32,000 bases of DNA from an uncultured Eubacteriales bacterium (GTDB lineage: Bacteria > Bacillota > Clostridia > Oscillospirales > Oscillospiraceae). The DNA is taken from positions 69,262 through 101,261 of the forward strand of contig ONGJ01000001.1 of assembly GCA_900317375.1 (NCBI GenBank), given 5' to 3'. Below are positions 1 through 8,589 of the stretch, piece after piece (the stretch's first letter is position 1; every line of letters starts with the position of its first letter). Both the position numbers and the translations under genes were made by a program. Under the pieces are notes generated by a model. It saw only the letters and a program-made list of their open reading frames with translations, ran no database searches and was not told the origin of the DNA.

Positions 1-1
1 G

Positions 2-661
2 CTGATGATGCTGCTGGCGGAAAGGGAAGCGGCGGGAGAACTGACGCAGGAATCGCTGCTCTATTCATGGCCGCTGTCCCTGGTTGAAGAAGAGGTACTG
101 ACCAATTCGAATAACGACATTGCCTATTCCGTGATGCTCTCCATAGCCGAACCCTTTGCATGCAGAAGCATGTTTCAGCGTTATTCCGCCATACCGGAAG
201 AGGAGTATCCCTGGGAGTTTGCAAGCTACAGCTATTTCTCGGCACGGTTTATGACCGATGTGATGAAGACGCTGTTTTCCGAGCCTGAACGCTTTCCGCA
301 TGTGGTGGACTGTCTGAAGCAGGCGCAGCCGGGACATTATTTTCACCTGGTTCTCGGAGATGATGTTCCCATCGCACAGAAATACGGATACTATCATGAC
401 GATGAAGACGGGAGTGACTGGACCCACACCGCGGGGATTTTTTATACGCAGAATCCCTTTATTCTGACCGTCATGACCCGATACGGCGGGATGGGGGAGA
501 GCATTATCGGGGATCTCGGCGCCCTGTTCTTCGAATATACCGGAGAACTGGATAAGCGGCTTGAGCAGCGGGAAGAGAAGGCAGCGGAGCCGGCCTCACA
601 GACGGCAGCCCCGGCAGAGGAACTGCAGCCCGGTATACCGGAGCACGGAAGAAATCGCTGA
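2..661 (+). CDS. Serine hydrolase with class A beta-lactamase fold; C-terminal part only, since the 5' end lies upstream of the window
   Basis: The reading frame of ORF 5..661 is open to the window edge. It has an SxN-like motif (TNSNNDIA). The KTG-box position reads KYG and is followed by HTAGIFYTQNPFILTVMT, as in beta-lactamase-related serine hydrolases. The tail is E/A/P-rich. Confidence 0.55.
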   Translation: MMMLLAEREAAGELTQESLLYSWPLSLVEEEVLTNSNNDIAYSVMLSIAEPFACRSMFQRYSAIPEEEYPWEFASYSYFSARFMTDVMKTLFSEPERFPHVVDCLKQAQPGHYFHLVLGDDVPIAQKYGYYHDDEDGSDWTHTAGIFYTQNPFILTVMTRYGGMGESIIGDLGALFFEYTGELDKRLEQREEKAAEPASQTAAPAEELQPGIPEHGRNR

Positions 662-680
662 ACAGAGAAGGGCAGATTTC

Positions 681-1499
681 ATGAAAGATCACAGAAAAAG
701 AATAACCGGATGCCTGGTTCTGCTCCTGTGTCTGAGTGTTCTTCTTTCCGGATGCGGAAGCAGCATGGGCTACGGCGTCAAAGCGATCGAAACACTTGTT
801 GAGCAGGAGTATTCCATGGCGTTTCGCAATGATGACCCGACGGCCTATTATATCATCGGTGCCATACAGGCTCTGGATCAGGAAGGAAAGCTCGGAGAGC
901 TCTGCATGAAGTGGTTCGGGCAGAGAATTATCAACTATCCGAAGACGGACATCCGGCTCGAAAATCTTCCGGAGACGGAATACCGGGATTTCATCATCGG
1001 CCTGGACATCAATTCCTTTCCTCTGGCCTATGCGGCAAACGGAGAGTACTGGGGCTTTGACGTGGAATTTGCCATCGCGGTCTGCGAAAAGCTCGGCTGG
1101 CATATCAAAATGCAGCCCATCGAGAAAGAAAATGTATACATCGAGCTTTCCTCCGGAAACATTGACTGTGCCTGGGGCGGAATCGCACTGGATCCGGACG
1201 AAGTGGAAAGCCGTGTTTATTCGCGCTACGGACCCTATGTGAAAAACGACATAGTGGTTGCCGTCAGGGCAAACAGCAACGGGGTAAACAGCATGATGCT
1301 GAACGGGAAAAAGATGGTCATGCCATCCACACCCGAAGCCATGGATGCGCTGAACAGCGATCCGAAGCTGGCGAAGCGGCTGGGACAGATTACCCGTCTG
1401 GCCGGAGGCACGACAGAGTGCTTTTCACAGCTGTACGCGGGAAAATGCGACGCTGTCCTGACCGACAGCACAGCGCTGTATTACTTCAACAGTCATTAA
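681..1499 (+). CDS. Lipoprotein, family-3 solute-binding protein (amino-acid ABC transporter SBP-like); no permease or ATPase gene nearby
   Basis: The ATG at 681 gives MKDHRKRITGCLVLLLCLSVLLSGC, a signal peptide plus lipobox (LSGC). The core is SBP_bac_3-like (FIIGLDINSFPLAYAANGEYWGFDVEFA, GNIDCAWGG). The longer ORF from 561 merely overlaps the tail of the previous gene. Confidence 0.8.
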   Translation: MKDHRKRITGCLVLLLCLSVLLSGCGSSMGYGVKAIETLVEQEYSMAFRNDDPTAYYIIGAIQALDQEGKLGELCMKWFGQRIINYPKTDIRLENLPETEYRDFIIGLDINSFPLAYAANGEYWGFDVEFAIAVCEKLGWHIKMQPIEKENVYIELSSGNIDCAWGGIALDPDEVESRVYSRYGPYVKNDIVVAVRANSNGVNSMMLNGKKMVMPSTPEAMDALNSDPKLAKRLGQITRLAGGTTECFSQLYAGKCDAVLTDSTALYYFNSH

Positions 1500-1508
1500 C
1501 GGAAAACA

Positions 1509-1856
1509 ATGAGCAGGCCGAACGATCGCGGGCATGAGGCGAAAGCCTGTGCATGAGGAAAGTCCGGGCTCCACAGGGCAAGGATAACGGGTAACACCCG
1601 CCAGGGGCGACCCTCGGACAAGTGCAACAGAAATAGACTTCCTGCGCTTCGGCGCAGGGGATGGTGGAAAGGTGAGGTAAGAGCTCACCCGTCGCATGGA
1701 GACATGTGGACGCTGTAAACTCTATCCGGAGCAACACCGCGGGAGAACAGGAGGCCGGCCCGGCCGTTCTCAGGAGGTGGCTTGAGTCTGCCGGCAACGG
1801 CAGACCTAGATAGATGATCGTTCTCGACAGAACCCGGCTTACAGGCCTGCTCATTT
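1509..1856 (+). ncRNA. rnpB: RNase P RNA, bacterial type A
   Basis: Universal blocks are present: GAGGAAAGTCCGGGCTCCACAGGGCA, AGTGCAACAGAAA, GGTAAGAGCTCACC, GTAAAC..CGGAGCAA and ACAGAACCCGGCTTA. P1 pairs GAGCAGGCC (1511-1519) with GGCCTGCTC (1844-1852). P2 pairs GAACGATCG with CGATCGTTC. Exact ends are +/- a few nt. Confidence 0.93.
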
Positions 1857-1863
1857 TTTTCAA

Positions 1864-1888
1864 AATCCTCCCCGACAAGGGGAGGATT
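1864..1888 (+). other. 10-bp GC-rich stem-loop just 3' of rnpB (possible 3'-end or stability hairpin)
   Basis: AATCCTCCCC (1864-1873) pairs with GGGGAGGATT (1879-1888) around a 5-nt loop. The T7 run (1854-1860) precedes the stem rather than following it, so this is not a canonical intrinsic terminator on either strand. Confidence 0.4.
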
Positions 1889-1967
1889 CCTATCAGAACA
1901 TCACCGTTTCAGAGAAAAGCAGGAAATGAAAAACTCCGGCAGGGGAGAAGAGATGAAGGAGAACCGG

Positions 1968-3347
1968 ATGACCTTAGAATCATATCTTGAAAGTATTCGA
2001 TCGAAAACAGTTGCTGTTATCGGCATCGGCATTTCCAACATGCCGCTTTTGGAACTGCTCTGCCAAGCGGGAATTGCGGTTACAGCCTGTGACAGAAAGA
2101 GCAGGGATGAACTCGGGAAAACAGCTGAGAAGCTGCAGTCGCTCGGTGCGACACTGCAGCTGGGAGAGGATTACCTGGAGCATCTGGAACAGGACCTGAT
2201 TTTCCGCACACCCGGTCTGATGCCCTTTGATGAACACCTGGAAGCCGCGAGGCGCCGCGGCAGTACGGTCACGTCTGAGATGGAAGTGTTCTTCTCGCTG
2301 TGTCCGTGCCGGATTTTTGCCGTTACGGGCAGCGACGGCAAGACGACCACCACCACCATCATCTCAGAGCTGCTGAAAGCGGCGGGTTATACCGTACACC
2401 TCGGCGGAAACATCGGCAAGCCGCTTCTCTGCGAGCTTCCGAACATGCAGGAGAAGGATATGGCGGTTCTGGAGCTGTCCTCCTTTCAGCTGCATTCCAT
2501 GACCTGCCGCCCGCATACGGCGGTCATAACCAACATCTCACCGAACCACCTGGACAAGCATAAGGATTTTCAGGATTATATCGATGCCAAGCGCTCGATC
2601 TTTCTGAACCAGCAGGCAGAGGACCGGCTGATTCTCTTTGCCGATGACGAGCATTCCGCCTACTATGCATCGCAGGCGCCCTCCCGTGTTTCCTGGTTCT
2701 CGGATACCAGAGATGCAAGGCCGGGCTGCCTCTGCAGAGAGGGAAGAATCCTGTGGGTATCGGAAGCGGGTGAAGAGCGCTATATCATGAATGCGGATGA
2801 GATCCGTATTCCGGGGCAGCATAACGTCCGAAACTATCTGGCGGCTTTTGAAGCCGTGAGGGGGCTGGTTTCGCCCGAGCTGTGCCGGGAAACTGCCAGG
2901 GCCTTTGCCGGGGTTGAGCATCGCCTGGAAGAAGTACGTGTTTTCCGCGGCGTGCGATATATCAACGATTCCATCGCCTCCAGCCCGACACGGACGATCG
3001 CCGGCCTTCGGGCGCTGAAAACCAGACCCATCATCCTGCTGGGGGGCTATGACAAGCATCTGCCCTTTGACAGCCTGGGCGACGAAGTCTGCAAACGGGC
3101 AAAAGCCGCCATCGTTGCGGGAGACACTGCGGAACGAATCATCGAGGCCATCGAAAAATCAGGCGACAATCACGGCTTTCCCGTCTACCGTACAGAGAAC
3201 ATGACAGAGTCCGTGAAGCTGGCGTCCCGGATCGCAGAGGCAGGGGATACGGTGATCCTTTCGCCCGCCTGTGCGTCATTTGATCAGTTTCGCAATTTTG
3301 AAGAACGCGGACGCTGTTTTAAGAGGCTGGTGATGGAGCTTGAATGA
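1968..3347 (+). CDS. murD: UDP-N-acetylmuramoyl-L-alanine--D-glutamate ligase
   Basis: The N-terminus has a Rossmann motif (KTVAVIGIGISN) and the Mur ligase P-loop (VTGSDGKTTTTTI), and length and layout fit MurD. I prefer the ATG at 1968 (AAGGAG followed by 6 nt). In-frame alternatives are at 1953 and 1926. Confidence 0.9.
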   Translation: MTLESYLESIRSKTVAVIGIGISNMPLLELLCQAGIAVTACDRKSRDELGKTAEKLQSLGATLQLGEDYLEHLEQDLIFRTPGLMPFDEHLEAARRRGSTVTSEMEVFFSLCPCRIFAVTGSDGKTTTTTIISELLKAAGYTVHLGGNIGKPLLCELPNMQEKDMAVLELSSFQLHSMTCRPHTAVITNISPNHLDKHKDFQDYIDAKRSIFLNQQAEDRLILFADDEHSAYYASQAPSRVSWFSDTRDARPGCLCREGRILWVSEAGEERYIMNADEIRIPGQHNVRNYLAAFEAVRGLVSPELCRETARAFAGVEHRLEEVRVFRGVRYINDSIASSPTRTIAGLRALKTRPIILLGGYDKHLPFDSLGDEVCKRAKAAIVAGDTAERIIEAIEKSGDNHGFPVYRTENMTESVKLASRIAEAGDTVILSPACASFDQFRNFEERGRCFKRLVMELE

Positions 3348-4578
3348 ACAAATTCTGAAACTGGGGGAGCAGGCGGAACTGCGCTGCAGAGAGCGCTTCC
3401 GCGAGATTGACCGCGCGACGGAAAAGAACACCGAACGGGTGCTTAACGCCTTTCGTACAGCGCGTGTTTCGGAAGCCTGCTTTGCCGGTACAACCGGCTA
3501 CGGATATGATGACCTCGGCAGAGAAACCCTGGACCGCATTTTTGCCGAGCTGATGGGAACGGAGACGGCGCTTGTACGGATCGGATTTGTAAACGGCACA
3601 CATGCCCTGACGGCGGCGCTCTTCTCCCTGGCAGTGCCCGGACAGCACCTGCTGTCGGCAACCGGTCTGCCCTACGACACGTTGCAGGAGGCCCTCGGCA
3701 TCCGCGGCAGTGCATTCGGCTCTCTGAGAGCCTACGGGATCGGGTACGATCAGGTCGACCTGCGCCCTGACGGCAGCGCGGATCTTGACGCGCTGGCTAA
3801 GGCCGCCGCAAAACCCGGTACGGCTGCCGTCATCCTGCAGCGTTCGCGCGGATATGCGGAGAGAAAAGCGCTGTCTGTCGATGAGATCGGTGAGATCGTA
3901 AAAACGGTCAAGCTCGTGAACCCGGAGATTGCGGTTATGGTCGATAACTGCTACGGAGAATTCACCGATATCCGGGAGCCGGGACATGTCGGGGCTGATC
4001 TGATGGCAGGCTCGCTGATCAAGAACCCGGGAGGCGGACTTGCGCCGAGCGGCGGGTATATCGCCGGCAGGAGCGATCTGGTCGAGCGTGCGGCCATGCG
4101 CCTGACCACGCCGGGAATCGGCGGAGAATGCGGCGCCAGCCTCGGCTGCAACCGGCTTCTGTTTCAGGGACTGTTTCTGGCTCCGCACACGACGGCGCAG
4201 GCATTGAAGACCGCCGTATTCTGTGCGGCGATGATGGAACAGATCGGAATCCGCAGCTTCCCGGGTGTAGACGACCGGCGATCAGACATCATACAGACGG
4301 TCTGCCTCGGGAGCGAAGAAAAAATGCGCCGTTTCTGCAAAGGCATACAGAAGGGCGCTCCGGTGGATTCCTTTGTAACGCCGGAACCCTGGGCAATGCC
4401 AGGGTATGACGATCCCGTTATCATGGCCGCAGGAAGCTTTATTCAGGGAAGCTCCATTGAACTGTCAGCTGACGGCCCCGTCCGTCCGCCGTACGATGTT
4501 TTTATGCAGGGCGGACTGACCTATGAATCCGGAAAGCTCGGCATCCTGATGGCGGTTGAAGAATTGCTGGCAGAATGA
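3340..4578 (+). CDS. ynbB: Met-gamma-lyase-family PLP enzyme (YnbB / 'aluminium resistance protein' family)
   Basis: 412 aa, with N-terminal ...NTERVLNAFRTARVSEACFAGTTGYGYDDLGRETLD typical of the YnbB family. The only in-frame start near the N-terminus is the TTG at 3340, which overlaps the murD stop by 8 nt. Confidence 0.75.
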   Translation: MNEQILKLGEQAELRCRERFREIDRATEKNTERVLNAFRTARVSEACFAGTTGYGYDDLGRETLDRIFAELMGTETALVRIGFVNGTHALTAALFSLAVPGQHLLSATGLPYDTLQEALGIRGSAFGSLRAYGIGYDQVDLRPDGSADLDALAKAAAKPGTAAVILQRSRGYAERKALSVDEIGEIVKTVKLVNPEIAVMVDNCYGEFTDIREPGHVGADLMAGSLIKNPGGGLAPSGGYIAGRSDLVERAAMRLTTPGIGGECGASLGCNRLLFQGLFLAPHTTAQALKTAVFCAAMMEQIGIRSFPGVDDRRSDIIQTVCLGSEEKMRRFCKGIQKGAPVDSFVTPEPWAMPGYDDPVIMAAGSFIQGSSIELSADGPVRPPYDVFMQGGLTYESGKLGILMAVEELLAE

Positions 4579-4600
4579 GAGCGGTGCCTGTACGGCACAG

Positions 4601-4633
4601 AAAAACCATCCCCCTGCCTGACGGCAGGGGGAT
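4601..4633 (-). terminator. Intrinsic terminator between the convergent ynbB and GPH transporter genes
   Basis: An 11-bp stem ATCCCCCTGCC (4608-4618) / GGCAGGGGGAT (4623-4633) with loop TGAC. The minus-strand RNA continues GGUUUUUCUG. On the plus strand the tail is only CCGTTTC. Confidence 0.75.
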
Positions 4634-4638
4634 CCGTT

Positions 4639-6108
4639 TCAGCCTCTGGCTTTGATCTCGCGGCAGATGCGGGCGTACTCCTCTTCGTCCAGGATATAAC
4701 GCTTCCGGTAGAGGAGATAGGACGCAAACATGAGCAGGCAGGGAACAACGGTCATGACCAAAAGCAGGCCAAGACTCTGCCCATGCTGGACCCCGGTCAG
4801 AAGCTGGGTGATTTCGGCACCCTTCTGCTCGGCGGTAATCTGGCCTGCGTTGGCAGCCTGCTCCAGATCTGCAATGCCATTGGTATAGTGAATGATATTG
4901 AAGACGATATAGGTAATATTGGCAATTGCCACCGTCAGGGCGGAGGCCAGCTTGGTCAGAAACGGACGGAGAGAGGAAATGATGCCCTCATCTCTGGTTC
5001 CGTGCCTGTACTCGTTGTATTCGACCGTGTTCATGATGGAAATCATCATGATCAGATAAAAGCCGTACTGACCGAAATTCGCAAGCATATAGCCGAGCGT
5101 CAGAAGGATGAACTTCAGGTTCCCGCCATGCATCGCCAGGCCCGGGAGGAGCATGACCACATAGCCGATCCCGGAGATCAGCATCAGGATGCTCATCAGC
5201 TTCTTCCGCGGCAGATGGCGTGAAATGACCGGATAGAAGATCATCAGAAGGGCGGTGACGGCCATCCCGAGCATCTGGAAGGCTGTAAAGAAGATGCCGT
5301 TGTAGCCGAACTCGACATAAATATAGGTCTGACCGATCCCGGAAAGGACGATGCCGTTTCCGATCTGCTGCAGCAGAAAAATCAGGGCGATCCAAAGGAG
5401 CTGGTCATTGCCAGTGATGGTCCCGATGATTTTTTTGAAACTGACCGGCGGAGCGGGTTCGTTGTCATAGTTTCTCTGCTCGATCACGCCAAAAACGGTA
5501 AAGGCAAGAAACAGCGGTCCGAGAATGGCAATCAGGAGGGCAACGCGGCCGTAAGCGGTAACGGCGTTGCCGCCGATCGCCGCATCACCGGCCGTCAGCA
5601 TCGGAATAAAAGCAGCGGCAAGCATGCCGCCGATGCCCGCGAACAGCGTGGCACGCGAGGTGTAGCGGTTGCGGGTATCGGCATCCGAACTGAGGGAAGG
5701 AACCATGCCCCAGTAGGCGATATCGTGCATGGTATAGGTGATGCTGTACAGGAAATAGATGATCCCGAAAAACCAGACAAAAGCCCAGCCCTGGAGGCGG
5801 ACGTTGAAGGCCAGATAAATGACCACCGAAGTCGTCAGAATGCCGACTACCAGCCAGGGCTTGAACTTGCCCCAGCGGGTGCGGGTCCGCTCAATGATGT
5901 TGCCCATGACCGGGTCGTTGAGGGCGTCAAAAATGCGGGCCGCGACCATAATTGCCGTAATTGCGGACAGCTGGGCCGCCGTCAGCTTATGCGTGAAGAG
6001 GACAAAGGTGAGAAGATAGCTTGTGACCAGGTTGTACATCATGTCCCGCCCGACAGTCCCGAGAGGGAACATGATCAGATTTCTTTTCGTAATCTGTTCT
6101 TCGTTCAT
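4639..6108 (-). CDS. Glycoside-pentoside-hexuronide (GPH):cation symporter family transporter (MelB/YicJ-like)
   Basis: A 12-TM-type hydrophobic profile with N-terminal KRNLIMFPLGTVGRDMMYNLVTSYLLTF and a DALNDPVMG motif typical of GPH/MFS_2. I prefer the ATG at 6108 (GGAGA 8 nt upstream) over the ORF-track start at 6168. Confidence 0.85.
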   Translation of the reverse strand: MNEEQITKRNLIMFPLGTVGRDMMYNLVTSYLLTFVLFTHKLTAAQLSAITAIMVAARIFDALNDPVMGNIIERTRTRWGKFKPWLVVGILTTSVVIYLAFNVRLQGWAFVWFFGIIYFLYSITYTMHDIAYWGMVPSLSSDADTRNRYTSRATLFAGIGGMLAAAFIPMLTAGDAAIGGNAVTAYGRVALLIAILGPLFLAFTVFGVIEQRNYDNEPAPPVSFKKIIGTITGNDQLLWIALIFLLQQIGNGIVLSGIGQTYIYVEFGYNGIFFTAFQMLGMAVTALLMIFYPVISRHLPRKKLMSILMLISGIGYVVMLLPGLAMHGGNLKFILLTLGYMLANFGQYGFYLIMMISIMNTVEYNEYRHGTRDEGIISSLRPFLTKLASALTVAIANITYIVFNIIHYTNGIADLEQAANAGQITAEQKGAEITQLLTGVQHGQSLGLLLVMTVVPCLLMFASYLLYRKRYILDEEEYARICREIKARG

Positions 6109-6139
6109 GAACCAATCTCCGTTTCCATATAATAAAGAT

Positions 6140-6168
6140 ATCTTACCATTCCCAGCCAGGGAATGCAA
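6140..6168 (-). promoter_or_regulatory. Sigma-A-like promoter for the GPH transporter, with a palindrome in the spacer
   Basis: The minus strand reads TTGCAT (6168-6163), a 17-nt spacer, then TAAGAT (6145-6140). The spacer contains the perfect palindrome ATTCCC-N5-GGGAAT (6148-6164), a possible operator. Confidence 0.5.
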
Positions 6169-6185
6169 TCATTTTCGTATGTGAC

Positions 6186-6214
6186 TTGCAATCACCGCGG
6201 AACCGTGATATGAT
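6186..6214 (+). promoter_or_regulatory. Sigma-A-like promoter for trxA with extended -10
   Basis: TTGCAA (6186-6191), a 17-nt spacer, TGa then TATGAT (6209-6214). AAAGGAG is the SD before the ATG at 6257. Confidence 0.65.
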
Positions 6215-6256
6215 CTATCCACAAAATCACATTCAAATCGAAAGGAGAAATTCTTT

Positions 6257-6568
6257 ATGGCAGAAGTTATTTTGAATGCAGGGAATTTTGAAAGCGAGGT
6301 TCTGAAATCCGAAATCCCTGTATTGGTCGATTTCTGGGCAACCTGGTGCGGTCCCTGCAGAATGCTGGCACCGACCGTTGCCAAGATAGCAGAAGAGAAG
6401 GAAGGGCAGGTCAAGGTCTGCAAGCTGGATGTCGACGAGGTGCCTGCTGTGGCGCAGCAGTACGGGATTTCCAGCATTCCCACGCTGATGGTGTTCAAAA
6501 ACGGCGCAGTCGTACACACGGCCGTCGGTGTTCAGCCGAAAGCAGCCATCGAAGCCATGCTGGCCTGA
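6257..6568 (+). CDS. trxA: Thioredoxin
   Basis: 103 aa with the active site WATWCGPCRMLAP and the conserved IPTLMVFKNG. Confidence 0.95.
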   Translation: MAEVILNAGNFESEVLKSEIPVLVDFWATWCGPCRMLAPTVAKIAEEKEGQVKVCKLDVDEVPAVAQQYGISSIPTLMVFKNGAVVHTAVGVQPKAAIEAMLA

Positions 6569-6571
6569 TAC

Positions 6572-6616
6572 AAAAAAAAGGGGAACTGAGGCGTGTGACT
6601 CAGTTCCTTTCTTTTT
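6572..6616. terminator. Bidirectional intrinsic terminator (trxA / convergent peptidase gene)
   Basis: An A8 tract, the stem GGAACTGAG (6582-6590) / CTCAGTTCC (6599-6607), then TTTCTTTTT. The 3' arm overlaps the stop codon of the minus-strand ORF. Confidence 0.8.
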
Positions 6617-7262
6617 GCCTGATCAGGACCAGATTGCTGAATAGAAAGTTGCTGTATCGGTTTACATAATCCTCATAATCATCAATCCGGATATAATAGC
6701 TGCGTCCCCATGAGGCGATTTTTACCCACTCATCCGTCATCTCCAGGGCGGTAACGTAGTGCCCTGTGACGTCGGCAGCAGGAAGAAAACGGCCGTCGGA
6801 TGCAAGCCGGTAAAAGACCAGCCTGTTTTTCTGCCAGACAAGAGGAAAATTCGGGCCGACCGACAGAACGACGGGAATATCGTGCCGCAACATGTCTGCC
6901 ATACGCGCAAACAGCTTTCTGCCGGAAGCTGCCCAGACAGCCACATACGGGAGACGGCGCTCAAGGAACATCCGATTCAGCCCGAAGGTCAGCAGAAGAC
7001 CGTTGATGCCCCTGGGATAAAGCAAAGGGAAGTACCGGCGCTGCAGCTTTTCCAGCCCGCGGATATACTCCTGACGCGTAAGAGGAAAAGAAAAATCTTT
7101 TTTGTGCTTTTTCTCCAGGTAGAGAAGAAGGTCATAAGCAGCGACGGGACCGCAGCCGCAGCGCCTGACAACTTTGTGATCCGACCACATCTGACTTCCC
7201 CCGAGGGAAAAACCGCCCGGGAGCGCAAATGACGGGTACGGACCGCGCAGCTTTGCCTCCAC
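6600..7262 (-). CDS. Papain-fold cysteine peptidase-like protein (C39-like / BtrH-N-like), uncharacterised
   Basis: 220 aa. A candidate oxyanion Gln and catalytic Cys lie in GGSQMWSDHKVVRRCGCGPVAAYDLLLYL. A candidate catalytic His lies in DVTGHYVTALEMTDEWVKIASWG. The GTG start at 7262 is 4 nt after the pfp stop, with no obvious SD. No signal peptide. Confidence 0.55.
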   Translation of the reverse strand: MEAKLRGPYPSFALPGGFSLGGSQMWSDHKVVRRCGCGPVAAYDLLLYLEKKHKKDFSFPLTRQEYIRGLEKLQRRYFPLLYPRGINGLLLTFGLNRMFLERRLPYVAVWAASGRKLFARMADMLRHDIPVVLSVGPNFPLVWQKNRLVFYRLASDGRFLPAADVTGHYVTALEMTDEWVKIASWGRSYYIRIDDYEDYVNRYSNFLFSNLVLIRQKERN

Positions 7263-7266
7263 AGGC

Positions 7267-8508
7267 TCAGCGGGCCAGAATCTTTTTCAGCTTCGCGTAG
7301 CGGGGAAGACCGTCAACCTTGGGAATCTCGGTTTCACCCTGAATCAGCGGCAGAACATAGTCGATGAAGTCGTGCGTCAGGCCGTTCTGATCCGGCGTGA
7401 TCCACTCCAGAGGAACTTTCTTCTCATAGTTTGCAACAGAAGAAAGGGGGAGAAGGGTATACTTGCAGTGATAATCCCCGTCGACCGTCTCACGCTCGAA
7501 GGCAACCATATAACCGGTGGAGCCGGCAATGGCTTTCTCAACGGCAATCCGGCCGGCACTGCAGGCCTCTTCCACATCACGGGCGGAGGCAAGATGCGCA
7601 CCGCAGCGCTGAAGCAGGCTCAGCTCGATCCCGCGGACCTTGGCGCCGGTATGCTTCTTCACAACATCGGCCAGCAGGGCAGCCAGGCCGCCGAGCTGGG
7701 CGTGGCCGAAGCCGTCCGTCGCAGAGGTCTTGGCCTCAGAGACGAAGCTTCCGTCCGCATAGTGAATGCCCTCGGAAACCGCGACAAAAACCTTGCCGTT
7801 CTTCTGATAGATGGCGTCAACATCCGCAAGGAACTTGTCCATGTCAAAATCGCACTCCGGCAGATAGATCAGATCCGGGCCGGAGCCGTAGGCGGTCGCC
7901 AGAGCAGCGCTGGCAGCGAGCCAGCCGGCGTGACGGCCCATAATCTCGACGATCACGATCATGCCGTTGTCATAAACGCGGGCATCCTTGTTGATCTCCA
8001 TGCAGGAGGTGGCAATATACTTCGCCGCACTGCTGAAGCCGGGGCAGTGATCCGTTCCGAAAAGATCATTGTCGATGGTTTTGGGGACACCCATCACACG
8101 GCACTCATAGCCCACCGATGCCATATAGCGGCTGATCTTGTTGCAGGTATCCATGGAATCGTTTCCGCCGTTATAGAAGAAATAGCGGACGTTATACTTT
8201 TTGAAGATCTCCAGGATGCGTTTGTAGTCCTTGTCATCCTTTTCCGGATCCGCCATCTTGTAGCGGCAGGAGCCGAGTTCGGAAGAGGGGGTATGCAGAA
8301 GAAGGCGCAGTTCTTCGGGATCCTCTTCATCCATGACATAAAGCTGGTCATTCAGGACACCCTGAATGCCGTGGGCCGCCCCATAAACCTTCGTAATCTC
8401 AGGGGCATCCAGCGCAGCACGGATCACGCCGTAGGCACTGGCGTTGATGACCGAAGTGGGACCGCCGGACTGACCGAAAATGCAGGAACCGATCAACTTT
8501 TCAGACAT
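7267..8508 (-). CDS. pfp: 6-phosphofructokinase, predicted pyrophosphate-dependent (diphosphate--fructose-6-phosphate 1-phosphotransferase)
   Basis: 413 aa. N-terminal IFGQSGGPTSVINAS, FFYNGGNDSMD, GVPKTIDNDL and MGRHAGWLA are PFK family motifs. Asp at the E. coli Gly104 position and Lys at the Gly124 position are the known PPi-specificity determinants. AAGGAG lies 7 nt before the ATG. Confidence 0.85.
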   Translation of the reverse strand: MSEKLIGSCIFGQSGGPTSVINASAYGVIRAALDAPEITKVYGAAHGIQGVLNDQLYVMDEEDPEELRLLLHTPSSELGSCRYKMADPEKDDKDYKRILEIFKKYNVRYFFYNGGNDSMDTCNKISRYMASVGYECRVMGVPKTIDNDLFGTDHCPGFSSAAKYIATSCMEINKDARVYDNGMIVIVEIMGRHAGWLAASAALATAYGSGPDLIYLPECDFDMDKFLADVDAIYQKNGKVFVAVSEGIHYADGSFVSEAKTSATDGFGHAQLGGLAALLADVVKKHTGAKVRGIELSLLQRCGAHLASARDVEEACSAGRIAVEKAIAGSTGYMVAFERETVDGDYHCKYTLLPLSSVANYEKKVPLEWITPDQNGLTHDFIDYVLPLIQGETEIPKVDGLPRYAKLKKILAR

Positions 8509-8551
8509 TTCTTTTCTCCTTGATTTTTTTTCTAAAATTTTTAATAGCTTA

Positions 8552-8580
8552 TTGATTTGAACCGGAAATGAGGATATAAT
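8552..8580 (+). promoter_or_regulatory. Sigma-A-like promoter for fba
   Basis: TTGATT (8552-8557), a 17-nt spacer, then consensus TATAAT (8575-8580), in the AT-rich divergent pfp/fba intergenic region. Confidence 0.7.
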
Positions 8581-8589
8581 AGAAAAGCG

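Noticed and set aside
561-680. N-terminal extension of the SBP ORF (MSSGKRRQRSRPHRR...)
   Set aside because: It overlaps the 3' end of the upstream gene in another frame. The ATG at 681 gives a textbook lipoprotein signal peptide. Analogous ORF-track extensions were trimmed for nif3 (14575..14730), tgt (21092..21370), ruvC, yajC, bofA, the zinc-ribbon gene and the GPH transporter.
1864-1888. The hairpin after rnpB as a Rho-independent terminator
   Set aside because: On the plus strand the U-tract lies upstream of the stem, not downstream. On the minus strand the tail is UUGAAAAAAA. The canonical architecture is missing, so it is reported only as a stem-loop.
2300-2563. ORF encoding a His5 run (DDHHHHHL)
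   Set aside because: It is an out-of-frame reading of the murD P-loop region (GKTTTTTI, encoded by ACC repeats), so it is not a gene.
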